From an uncultured bacterium (GTDB taxonomy: Bacteria; JAJVIF01; JAPKYR01), in the NCBI GenBank assembly GCA_965369865.1, contig CBDURU010000027.1, positions 1 through 32,984 of the forward strand: a stretch of 32,984 nt of DNA, given 5' to 3'. Within the stretch, counting starts at the first letter, position 1. The number at the start of each line of letters is the position of its first letter. Under the pieces are notes generated by a model, which searched no databases, was not told the origin of the DNA, and saw only the letters and a list, made by a program, of their open reading frames with translations. This document shows, piece after piece, positions 17,860 through 26,723 of this stretch. A program made the position numbers and the translations under genes.

Positions 17860-18744
17860 ATGATTAATGCGTTATTCCTGGATGGAGTGATTAAAAAATT
17901 CAAGGGTTTCACTCTTGGCCCGTTGGACATGATTTTGGAGCCTGGAAGAGTACTTGGACTTGTCGGTCCGAATGGAGCCGGTAAAACTACTACAATTAAT
18001 ATTCTCGGTGGCTTAATTAGACACGACACGGGATCAATTAAAATTTATGGCAGAGATCTCAACCTTAACGATCCGACATGGAAATTTGATATTGGATATG
18101 TTGGTGAGACTCACGCGTTTTACGAATACTGGTCGGGAGAAAGAAATCTTAAATTCAGGTCGGAATTCTATCCGGCTTGGGATAATGAGTGGATGAGGGA
18201 ACTCGCCGAAAGGTTCCAACTGGATTTAAAGAAACGCGCGAACAGGCTTTCAAAAGGCAACCGGGCGAAACTTGCCCTGATTGGAGCGTTATCGCATCGT
18301 CCTAAACTTCTTCTGCTTGATGAACCCACTTCGGGATTGGATCCGATCGTTAGAGCTGAGTTCCTGGAGACTTTGTGGGAAATTATGGAGCAGGGTGATT
18401 CGTCGGTATTTTACTCGACCCATATTTTATCTGATATAGCTAAGATCGCGGACGAATTAGCTTTTCTGGCAGACGGGAAATTTGTCAGGAGGGAGATGAA
18501 GGACGACCTGGTTAACAGGTTTAAGAAAATTTCGTTCCGATTTACAGGTCCTTTGCCTGAGATACATAACGTTCATAATCTTGTTAGTGAAGGAGACAAC
18601 CATATGCTGGTCAGTTCAGACCAGGAAGTCACATTGAAACAGCTTCACGAGATGAACGCTGACGAAATCCAGGTTACACAACCCGGTATTGATGAGATAA
18701 CAATACACATTCTGAAAGGATTAGATGATGTGGAAGTTAGTTAA
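17860..18744 (+). CDS. ABC-2 type transporter ATP-binding protein (YtrB-like)
   Basis: GPNGAGKTT, LSKGNRAK, LLLDEPTSGLDP, STH. Confidence 0.92.
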   Translation: MINALFLDGVIKKFKGFTLGPLDMILEPGRVLGLVGPNGAGKTTTINILGGLIRHDTGSIKIYGRDLNLNDPTWKFDIGYVGETHAFYEYWSGERNLKFRSEFYPAWDNEWMRELAERFQLDLKKRANRLSKGNRAKLALIGALSHRPKLLLLDEPTSGLDPIVRAEFLETLWEIMEQGDSSVFYSTHILSDIAKIADELAFLADGKFVRREMKDDLVNRFKKISFRFTGPLPEIHNVHNLVSEGDNHMLVSSDQEVTLKQLHEMNADEIQVTQPGIDEITIHILKGLDDVEVS

Positions 18745-19432
18745 AGCGGAATTAGATTATGTAAAACCATGGATCTTAACATCAAGCATTATTTTCTTAT
18801 TGCTAATCACTTTCGATAAATTTACATTGGGCAGGTTTAATATTTATTATATGGGAATGTTCCTGATACCTTACATAATTTTAACATGCATTTTTATTAA
18901 TTTTGGAATGTTTCTTAGAGAAGTCAGTGAAAATAGGCTGAGGAATTATGCGTCGGTCCCGATTTCTATTGTAGAAATTGGACTTGCAAGGATATTAATA
19001 CCTGTATCACTAATTGGAATATATTTTATCCTGGCGGTTCTGAATGTTCCGAGTATCTTGGAAGAACTTTTGGATTTTTGGATTCTTGGAAACTTTTATG
19101 GTTCCGGGGACCATTATTCCTGGTTTAATTTCATTCCGTATACTGGCCACAATAATGCTCTGACCTTGATGACTCTTTTTGTTATAGGTCCGAGGATATT
19201 TGCAGAAAAACCGGGCCGACTACTGTTAGCATTGATTGCTCTACTCCTGATTATTCATGGTTATATATTACCTTTTATTAATAAAAGCATTGCTCTGTTT
19301 ATTGGAGATAAAATATTTTATTTCTTTACTGGCCACTTTACAGAAATAATCGGCATGACATTAATTTCTGCATTATCTCTATTAGTTATTTTTATATCTA
19401 CTCTGCGAAGACGGTCCTTTCTGGAACTATAA
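18728..19432 (+). CDS. Putative ABC-2 membrane subunit, paralog 1
   Basis: About 6 TM segments, overlaps the ATPase end, N-terminus MWKLVKAEL. Confidence 0.75.
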   Translation: MWKLVKAELDYVKPWILTSSIIFLLLITFDKFTLGRFNIYYMGMFLIPYIILTCIFINFGMFLREVSENRLRNYASVPISIVEIGLARILIPVSLIGIYFILAVLNVPSILEELLDFWILGNFYGSGDHYSWFNFIPYTGHNNALTLMTLFVIGPRIFAEKPGRLLLALIALLLIIHGYILPFINKSIALFIGDKIFYFFTGHFTEIIGMTLISALSLLVIFISTLRRRSFLEL

Positions 19433-19516
19433 TAAAATACGCTGAGTGCTCGGGATCGTGATAAAGAAACCGGGTGCCGCCTACAAACCGGAGCGTTATT
19501 TGAAAGGAGTAAAATA

Positions 19517-20242
19517 GTGTGGAAAATAATAAAAACTGAACTCGCGTACATTAAATGGTGGATTATCATCAGCTGTTCAGCATTGGTGATCCTGATTGTG
19601 GTGTTAAAGGTTAACAAATTAATAAAAATTCTGAACTATGGTTGCGACCTCGATTGGTACTTTACTTACAGTTTTGGGGATTGGGGTATCGCACCAATTT
19701 ATATCCAGTTTGTCTGTGCTTTTGTTACTCTGGTGCTGTTTTATTCCTACATTAAGGATCGGAGACTCAGGCAATACGCGGTTCTACCGGTTAAGACTTA
19801 TAATCTGATTTTCACTCCCATAGGATCGCTGTTTATAATATGTACGATCTATGCGGCTATTGGTATAATAAACTCGCCAGTATTTATTCTGGACCTCCTT
19901 GAGTTTAAGCAATATACTGATTTCAATGATCCATACTGGCCTTTGGAAATATTCGAATCTATTGGCTGCTTTGAGGCATTTATGAGCATTCCGTTTTCAC
20001 TGATTATTCTGCCATGGTTGTTCACTGAACGATGGGGCAGGATTTATGTTATTGCTGTTGCCGCCGCGATGGTCATCAATGGTTATATAATTCCGCTTTT
20101 TAACGTGCAGCTTTCGTGGACAATAGTAGAAACTTTGCAGGATTGGGAATCAGTACGTTGGCCTGTTTATCTGATTTTAAACCCACTCTTAATGCTGCTA
20201 CTCTATTTTTCATTCCGAACCAGGAGAACATTCCTATCCTAA
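19517..20242 (+). CDS. Putative ABC-2 membrane subunit, paralog 2
   Basis: GTG start after SD AAGGAG. MWKIIKTEL; shares RLRxYAxxP, GYIxP and RRxFL motifs with paralog 1. Confidence 0.75.
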   Translation: MWKIIKTELAYIKWWIIISCSALVILIVVLKVNKLIKILNYGCDLDWYFTYSFGDWGIAPIYIQFVCAFVTLVLFYSYIKDRRLRQYAVLPVKTYNLIFTPIGSLFIICTIYAAIGIINSPVFILDLLEFKQYTDFNDPYWPLEIFESIGCFEAFMSIPFSLIILPWLFTERWGRIYVIAVAAAMVINGYIIPLFNVQLSWTIVETLQDWESVRWPVYLILNPLLMLLLYFSFRTRRTFLS

Positions 20243-20257
20243 AACAGGATCACGCGT

Positions 20258-20509
20258 ATGTGGAAAATTATTAAAACTGAACTTTTGTACGTTAAATGGT
20301 GGATCATCGGAACTTGTGCTATTCCATGTCGAATAGGGCTGGATCCAGTACGATGTCGGATCCAATGGATGATTGTTTTGCTGAGTATGATATGTGTATC
20401 GCCACAACTCATCCAGCTCAGTGGTGGGGTAGCAAAAAAAGCAATTAGAAATTTGCCTTGCGGATATTCCATGATCTTCAATGGCAAATCACATACAGGG
20501 AAATCTTGA
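20258..20509 (+). pseudogene. Truncated/chimeric third paralog of the membrane subunit
   Basis: First ~17 codons (MWKIIKTELLYVKWWII) nearly identical to paralog 2, then unrelated sequence and an early stop. Confidence 0.7.
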
Positions 20510-20538
20510 TTCAACCTTAAATAGCCTGGAGGATCACA

Positions 20539-22056
20539 ATGAAGCATCAATTCAACATCATCGTAACTATTCTGGCAGGGGTATTCCTGATGGTCACACC
20601 CGCATTGGGAAGTCAGGATAATCACACAGCTTTAGATGGCGGTAGTTCAGGCTCAGATGCCGTCGGTCAATCTTCCGTTTCTGACAGTTGGATACGCACA
20701 TGGGGTGAACCGGGAAACTGCTTTGTCAACCAGGTTGTGATCGATCAGGATGGAAATTTATATGTTGTTGGTGCATTTAAGGAAACCGTCGATTTCGATC
20801 CCGGTCCCGAAGTTGACGAACATAAATCGAACGGTGATTTGGACTTATTTTTCTCTAAATTTGATTCATCCGGAAATTTCATATGGACCCGCACTTGGGG
20901 AGGGCCTGAACTTGAACGGCACCTCAGAATTGCTCTCGACGGCACGGGCATGGTTTATCTTGCAGGCGATTTTAGAGGTATGATTGATTTCGATCCGGGT
21001 GCACCTGTCACATCGGCCGTATCCAGTGGAGCGAGCGATGTCTTTTTGTGCAAATATGACATTGATGGCAATTTCAAATGGGTGAAGACCTGGGGCAGAG
21101 ATAATTATGCGATATGCAGTGGAGTGGCGGTGGACGAACTGGGTCAGATCTTTGTCGCAGGTTTATTTGATGGGAATGTTGATTTCGATCCTGGTTCAGG
21201 GAGCACCATAGCCAGCCCCGATGGTGAATATTTGGGAGTCAGTCTCAGCAAGTTTGATTCCATGGGCGATTTCAAGTGGGTTCGCGTGTGGGGTGGGATC
21301 GAAATCCCAGGTGAAATGTGCACCGATGTCTGTGTAGATGGTAATGGAGATATTTATACCGTCGGAGCTTTTACAGGATCAATCGATTTCGACCCCGGTC
21401 CTGAAATAGAACAGCGCACGTCAAATGGTCTTTGGGATATATTCTTGACCAAATTCGACCGCAGTGGTGATTTTCTGTGGGCACGCACATGGGGCGGTCA
21501 TAACGATGATCTTGCAGATAGAGTTGTTATTGATAACAATGGTGACATTCATGTGTCCGGCACCTGTTCGACAGCAGACAGTACATTTGATGCGCCTTGT
21601 GTTGGTGAGGGAATTAATCAGCCTGTTTCTGAGGACACTAAGTATCGGTTTCTATCTTTGTTCGATTCTTCCGGTAGTCTCCTTTGGGCACGTGAATGGG
21701 GAGGGTTGGGGATGTCGCTCTCAACCGATCTTGCAGTCGATGCTACAGGAAATACATACATCAGTGAGTCCCATCAGGTGATCGGCGGGCTGGATCTTCT
21801 ATCAGGGCTTTTTAATATAGGCGAAAATTATGCGAGTTCTGTGATCAAGTTCGACCTCAGTGGCAATTATCAGGGATACAGCATCCCCGGGGATGTCTAC
21901 GGGTCGGACGGCCTTCATCTTGCTGTCGACAACGCAGGTATACTCTATGTGATGGGAACAGTTAGCGAAAACGTTAATTTCTACAACCAACTGTTTATCG
22001 AAGATCATTCAGGCAACGATAATCCTGGAGTGTTTCTAATAAAACTCCCAATTTGA
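20539..22056 (+). CDS. Secreted SBBP-repeat beta-propeller protein
   Basis: SD GGAGG and signal peptide. Repeats of W(A/V)RTWGG...D..GN.Y..G.F...VDFDPG...DIFL.KFD..G. Confidence 0.85.
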   Translation: MKHQFNIIVTILAGVFLMVTPALGSQDNHTALDGGSSGSDAVGQSSVSDSWIRTWGEPGNCFVNQVVIDQDGNLYVVGAFKETVDFDPGPEVDEHKSNGDLDLFFSKFDSSGNFIWTRTWGGPELERHLRIALDGTGMVYLAGDFRGMIDFDPGAPVTSAVSSGASDVFLCKYDIDGNFKWVKTWGRDNYAICSGVAVDELGQIFVAGLFDGNVDFDPGSGSTIASPDGEYLGVSLSKFDSMGDFKWVRVWGGIEIPGEMCTDVCVDGNGDIYTVGAFTGSIDFDPGPEIEQRTSNGLWDIFLTKFDRSGDFLWARTWGGHNDDLADRVVIDNNGDIHVSGTCSTADSTFDAPCVGEGINQPVSEDTKYRFLSLFDSSGSLLWAREWGGLGMSLSTDLAVDATGNTYISESHQVIGGLDLLSGLFNIGENYASSVIKFDLSGNYQGYSIPGDVYGSDGLHLAVDNAGILYVMGTVSENVNFYNQLFIEDHSGNDNPGVFLIKLPI

Positions 22057-22131
22057 TGGATCACCGGATGGTATTGGGAGGATGATGGAACTTATCATGG
22101 TGACACTGACGAAGATGGTGAAATTGAGTCC

Positions 22132-22293
22132 CGTAGCCAGGGAAGCCACCCAGGAACCTTGAATCACCAGCCTTCGTAACTTCAGGCTTCCCGGGAATTC
22201 CACACACAAATCCAATAATGTTAAATATCCCCGGGAACCCTTCCGCCGGATTTAAAGTATTTAGGCATTTTCATACGGGTTCACCGGGCTACG
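22132..22293. repeat. Inverted pair of GTAG-type REP-like arms (REPIN-like)
   Basis: CGTAGCCAGGGAA (from 22132) faces TTCACCGGGCTACG (22280-22293); internal CCCGGGAA copies. Confidence 0.5.
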
Positions 22294-22296
22294 AGA

Positions 22297-22401
22297 CAAG
22301 GGAACCCTCCAAACTCGCTCACGACGGCTGTAAATTAGTCAAGATCAATAGTATCGCTCGTTTCGAGGGGCCACCGGTCCATATTACTATGTGATGTGGG
22401 G
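22297..22401 (+). repeat. Right direct repeat of the YtrA-ABC-SBBP module
   Basis: Matches 17222-17293, with a longer central loop. Confidence 0.85.
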
Positions 22402-22555
22402 TGAATGAGAATGTACGGACGTTGGCAGACCTCTCACTGACGTTCGGGGTACTGTTGTGGACGGCACCCGGAGATCCAACCGGGGAACAACGTTACAAAA
22501 AAAAACCGCGACATTTGCAGTAGCTGGCTGAATCAGGTTAAATCCGTTCCTTATT

Positions 22556-22677
22556 TCTAATTTTCTGCTCTCTAAGTATCCACTCTCTAAGTATCCACTT
22601 TCTAATTATCCCCTTTCAAAATATCCCCTTTCTAAGTATCAGTTTTCTAATTATCCGATCGCTCTAATTATCCTCGA
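22556..22677. repeat. Tandem array of eight ~15-bp units (TCTAA(G/T)TATCCNCT(C/T))
   Basis: Units start at 22556, 22571, 22586, 22601, 22616, 22631, 22646 and 22663. The last contains the stop codon of the minus-strand gene. Confidence 0.88.
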
Positions 22678-25099
22678 GGCAGATTAGTGTTGTATTGAAC
22701 AAGCCTTCCTTGATTCCAAGAAGTAGTGAGCCTTCGGGACCGAAAATCAGGTAGTCCGGCTGGCCCCCGATATCCCTGATCCAGGCGGTTTCCCCGTCCG
22801 GATTGATGCTTATAACAATCCCTTCATCCAGGGCGATGTAAATCTTTCCATTCGCATCGACAATCGGACCCGCGGCGATTCCCGCCTGGCATTCGAATTC
22901 CCAGATTGGCCCGCCAAATGAGCTGAGGGCAATGAGGCTCGAGTATTCACCGACCCCGCCAAGGGATGTCTCCGCGGCATAAAGGGTACCGGACAGATGC
23001 GAGACAGCCAGCTCGGGAATCAGGTATTTATCAGCTTCGAACTGCCAACGTTCCGACCCATCCGAGTTCAGCGCAATAACACGGTTCTTTACAGTGTAAT
23101 AGATGTTCCCCGAAACCGGATCGGCGATCGAACAGAAGGGTAAACCATTCGAAATGTCCTGCTCATGCGCCCAGGCTATCTGTCCGGTATATGTGTCCAG
23201 AGCCCAGAATTTGAATACGCCCGGAGGCCCATCCGACATATTCAATTCGCCGATCAGAACTTTATTGGTAATGGTGATTGTTATAGGTCCGATAAACATT
23301 GACTGGTCGGAGCCTATCCCGAAATTAACCCAGTTTATATTCCCATACTGGTTGAAGACCTGTATGCCGGTTGAACCCTGCGAGAAACCATGTCCGTTAG
23401 TATCGATGTTCAACCTGCCGTAAGCGTTGGGACCGCTGCCCGTGGCAGCCTCGAAGAACAGGCCGATCGATCCATCCTCGTAGATCCTGTAAACATCTCC
23501 TTGCGTATCGGCCCAGAGAATCGAGCAGCCGACCATTATGGGATCACCGGCTGGATGGAAATCGGCAAGGTCGAGAGCCGCGGCAAGCTGGCCGTGACGG
23601 TCGTAGATAAGGAGTTCAATCCCGCCCTGGTCAAGCTGCCGTGCGGTATAAATTCTTTGCTCGGGATCGATGATGGGCATAAAATTACCTGAAATTCCGG
23701 TAACGAGCCATCCGATTTTCGGATCGACAGGCCCGGTTGTATCAGCGAAATTCGTATTGTAGATTGTCCCGCCGGGTTTGGGCCATGGTGAGAGAGGGTT
23801 TAAAACAAAACCTGGCTGGCCACCGGGAAGCGGGGTCTTGACTGTAACAGGTACAACATAGAAAGTTGACAACGGATCAGACCCGGTATATGAGGTGACG
23901 TACGGCTGATAGTCGCCTTCCGATGAAACGATGGTAATCAAAATCTGCTGGTCTTCCACCGCTGGCGGCGACAGCCCGTCCAGCTTGATTTTAAAAGTGG
24001 CCCACGGTTGCTCTTCGGACCAGTCGCTCAAAAATACCGGGGTTCTCTTACCCTGGAAAAGCGTCGGGGATGTAAGCTCGATAGACTGAATTTCATCAAA
24101 AATCGGGGTGCCGTCTATCAGGGCCTGCCAGTCGGACACCCTGATATCGAGTTCAAGCTCACCACCGGTACAACCCTCAGGAGACAGGTAAACGGTATTG
24201 GTCGGAATCTGCACGTCGAGAACAAACGGTTCAAGCTGGTTCGCATCGGCCGGGAATCCACCCGGCACCTCGACAGGCTGGCCATCCTGCCACCCATCAG
24301 GGAGTCCGTGTGATACATCGATCGCAAAATTGAACCTGAAATCCAGCTCACCTGTTTCGGTTAATGGGAACGCCAGTTCGTAATGCCTGGTCGACATAGC
24401 CCCGGCATGGAGCACCGCTCTGCCGTTCGGGTGATCGGGGGGAACCATAAGAAGGTGGGATAATGGCGCATTTACACCCAGACCAGTCGCGAAAACCTTG
24501 TACCCGAGCAAAGTCGCATTCAAGTATTCGGTCGCGTTGGGTGTGCCAAATTGAGTATCTTTATAAGAAAAGATAGTACCATTAAACGGGAATTCCGAAG
24601 GGTTCCACCAGCGGGTCCATCCATCAGCGTTGATTAACCGTAAACCGTCCGGTCCACCGGCCCAGCGGCGGGAATGGTGTGTACGGTCGGTGACATCGGC
24701 AGGCCCGATAACAAGGCCCTTCATATCGAACCCGCAGAAATACGGGATCCCTGGAAATGGATTGGTCAGGGAAATATCTGTGGATAGGATGTTCCCGTCA
24801 AGGTGTGTCCCGGTGAACTTGATTGCATTGCCCCCGGTGTATGCTTCCAGGAAGATAAGAGCGTTCAGGTGCCATTGAGTGGATCTCAAGGGCACAGCGG
24901 CCAGTTCACCGGAGCCGGAATTGTAGGTAACAGAAAAATACCCGAGCATTGTATGCCCGGGTTGAAGTAGTTCAAGTGATTTGGTAAACGGAGGTGTGGT
25001 ATCCAGTTCGGGATTAACAGGGTTGGAGGAGCCGTGATCCGAACATGAGACAACCGCAAGCAGAAAAATAAAAACTCCTGCCAACGTCATACGTCGCAT
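22664..25099 (-). CDS. Large lipoprotein with lineage-specific N-terminal domain and C-terminal PQQ/BamB-like beta-propeller
   Basis: ATG 25099 after SD GAAGGAGGT; lipobox VVSC; repeats ALNSDGSERWQF, IVDANGKIYI, SINPDGETAW. Confidence 0.82.
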   Translation of the reverse strand: MRRMTLAGVFIFLLAVVSCSDHGSSNPVNPELDTTPPFTKSLELLQPGHTMLGYFSVTYNSGSGELAAVPLRSTQWHLNALIFLEAYTGGNAIKFTGTHLDGNILSTDISLTNPFPGIPYFCGFDMKGLVIGPADVTDRTHHSRRWAGGPDGLRLINADGWTRWWNPSEFPFNGTIFSYKDTQFGTPNATEYLNATLLGYKVFATGLGVNAPLSHLLMVPPDHPNGRAVLHAGAMSTRHYELAFPLTETGELDFRFNFAIDVSHGLPDGWQDGQPVEVPGGFPADANQLEPFVLDVQIPTNTVYLSPEGCTGGELELDIRVSDWQALIDGTPIFDEIQSIELTSPTLFQGKRTPVFLSDWSEEQPWATFKIKLDGLSPPAVEDQQILITIVSSEGDYQPYVTSYTGSDPLSTFYVVPVTVKTPLPGGQPGFVLNPLSPWPKPGGTIYNTNFADTTGPVDPKIGWLVTGISGNFMPIIDPEQRIYTARQLDQGGIELLIYDRHGQLAAALDLADFHPAGDPIMVGCSILWADTQGDVYRIYEDGSIGLFFEAATGSGPNAYGRLNIDTNGHGFSQGSTGIQVFNQYGNINWVNFGIGSDQSMFIGPITITITNKVLIGELNMSDGPPGVFKFWALDTYTGQIAWAHEQDISNGLPFCSIADPVSGNIYYTVKNRVIALNSDGSERWQFEADKYLIPELAVSHLSGTLYAAETSLGGVGEYSSLIALSSFGGPIWEFECQAGIAAGPIVDANGKIYIALDEGIVISINPDGETAWIRDIGGQPDYLIFGPEGSLLLGIKEGLFNTTLICLEDN

Positions 25100-25256
25100 G
25101 CTGGGAACACCTCCTTCCAGATTAATTGAACACCTTGCTATTAAACATTTTATCATGTAAAACACCGAATTGCTATCGCAATAGTTTTATAATTCGTGGA
25201 TATTTTTCGGTAAAAATCCGGTATAATCCTCTATAATCACTTTAAAGTTAAACAAG

Positions 25257-26504
25257 ATGAGCCAGATAAAAATACATAGTCTCGATGAAAGCAACCGGAT
25301 CAGGGAACTGGTTGCACTAAACCTGACAGTCCATGGTGAGAACAGCGGATTCTGGGAAAGGATGCTGGAACAAAATCCCTCATTTAACGATCCGATGTAC
25401 CACCGTTTCCTCACTGTGGATGACAAGATCGTTTCAGGAACGAGCCTGTTCGAGCATAAAATAAAATGGTACGGCACCGAGATCGACGCCGGTGAAATCG
25501 GCCTTGTGGGCACACTGGAGGATTTCCGGCTTAAGGGCTACTCCCACCTGCTCATGTCGAGCTGGCTCGAGACAATGAAGAAGCAAAAAATCCCTCTCAG
25601 CTTCCTGTGGGGCATCCCCGAATTCTACGAGAAATTTCATTACTATTATGCGTACCCGGACCACGGAACACCATATATAGTCATGCCGAGAAGCTGCGTT
25701 CAGGAATATGAACCCACTATGAACATCCGGGCTGCCAACATTGAAGATATTAAGGAAATCCAGAACCTGTATAACTCTTATAACGCAGACCTTACCGGAC
25801 ACCATATCAGACACGAAAAGCAATGGGAATACTATATGCGATTGACTGGCGGAGAAGGAAAGGAGAAGCAGAGCTGGTGGGTCCTGGACGATCCATCCAA
25901 CGGCTACGCATTCGTACCGGATCTCCCGAACAAACCCCCGGTGGTCTGGGAGATCGCAGCGGTATCGGAGGATTGTCTCAGGAACCTGGTTTATAGAATT
26001 TTCGATAAATATCCAGGCCTTGAAAAGCTTTATTTCAACCACCACCCCGACATGCCGGTCGGGCGATGGCTCCATCACTGGGGTGCAAAAACAAGGTCAA
26101 CCGAGGACCTCTGGAAGGGAACCTGGGGCGGGATGGTAAGGCTGAATGATCCCGTAACATGCATAAAGTGCATGGAGGAAAAATTCAGCGAACGGATAGC
26201 GAAATCCCGTTTCTTCAATTACACCGGCGCAATTCCATTCAAAAGTGACCTTGGAAATGTTCTGATCGATATTTCAAGCGGAAAGGTGGAGGTTTCAAAG
26301 TGTCCGGGGAGGGCAAAATATGAGATCCCGGCTGAGGTCCTGACACCGATAACAACCGGGTATCGGGGAATTGAAAGGTACCGGGAAAACCTGAAGGACC
26401 TGCCTGATGAGGTATTCGAACTGCTGACAGTGCTGTTCCCGAGGGACAAGGTATACATGTATGGGCTTCTGTATGCGGATGAGTCTTTTTCGTTTTCGAG
26501 TTAG
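25257..26504 (+). CDS. GNAT family N-acetyltransferase, Eis-like (tandem GNAT plus SCP2-like C-terminus)
   Basis: IGLVGTLEDFRLKGYS (acetyl-CoA motif A), LWGIPEFYEKF, IRAA, MVRLND, LLTVLFP. Confidence 0.82.
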   Translation: MSQIKIHSLDESNRIRELVALNLTVHGENSGFWERMLEQNPSFNDPMYHRFLTVDDKIVSGTSLFEHKIKWYGTEIDAGEIGLVGTLEDFRLKGYSHLLMSSWLETMKKQKIPLSFLWGIPEFYEKFHYYYAYPDHGTPYIVMPRSCVQEYEPTMNIRAANIEDIKEIQNLYNSYNADLTGHHIRHEKQWEYYMRLTGGEGKEKQSWWVLDDPSNGYAFVPDLPNKPPVVWEIAAVSEDCLRNLVYRIFDKYPGLEKLYFNHHPDMPVGRWLHHWGAKTRSTEDLWKGTWGGMVRLNDPVTCIKCMEEKFSERIAKSRFFNYTGAIPFKSDLGNVLIDISSGKVEVSKCPGRAKYEIPAEVLTPITTGYRGIERYRENLKDLPDEVFELLTVLFPRDKVYMYGLLYADESFSFSS

Positions 26505-26550
26505 ACCAATGCCGTTAAACAAAAATTGATTGGACGTGTTTAGAATTTAG

Positions 26551-26590
26551 GGGGACACATGCTTTTCGACGGGCGAAAAGAGATGTCCCC
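26551..26590. repeat. GGGGACA-type palindromic repeat (family B)
   Basis: GGGGACA..CTTTTCG-ACGGG-CGAAAAG..TGTCCCC; 39/40 identical to 32883-32922. Confidence 0.88.
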
Positions 26591-26632
26591 GATCTAAAAT
26601 CCAACCGCAGGATGCGGTCGGCACTTGCTATC

Positions 26633-26655
26633 CGATAGCTGGAAGCTAACGGCAC
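26633..26655. repeat. REP-like element (family A)
   Basis: CGATAGCTGGAAGCTAACGGCAC is the exact reverse complement of 6419-6441. Confidence 0.8.
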
Positions 26656-26723
26656 GTAGGGGAAATTCTTACTTCAAACCATTGGAGGAAATTTTATACT
26701 GGACAAGAGTGATCCCATTGAAA

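Noticed and set aside
22054..22179. TGA read-through (selenocysteine or recoding) extending the SBBP protein by 40 codons
   Set aside because: No evident SECIS hairpin or redox motif, and TGA clearly acts as a stop elsewhere in the window (ATGA/TTGA overlaps).
22556..22677. Possible CRISPR array
   Set aside because: Units are contiguous 15-mers with no unique spacers, and there are no cas genes.
25434..26078. 214-aa minus-strand ORF
   Set aside because: Antisense to the GNAT gene, with no motifs.
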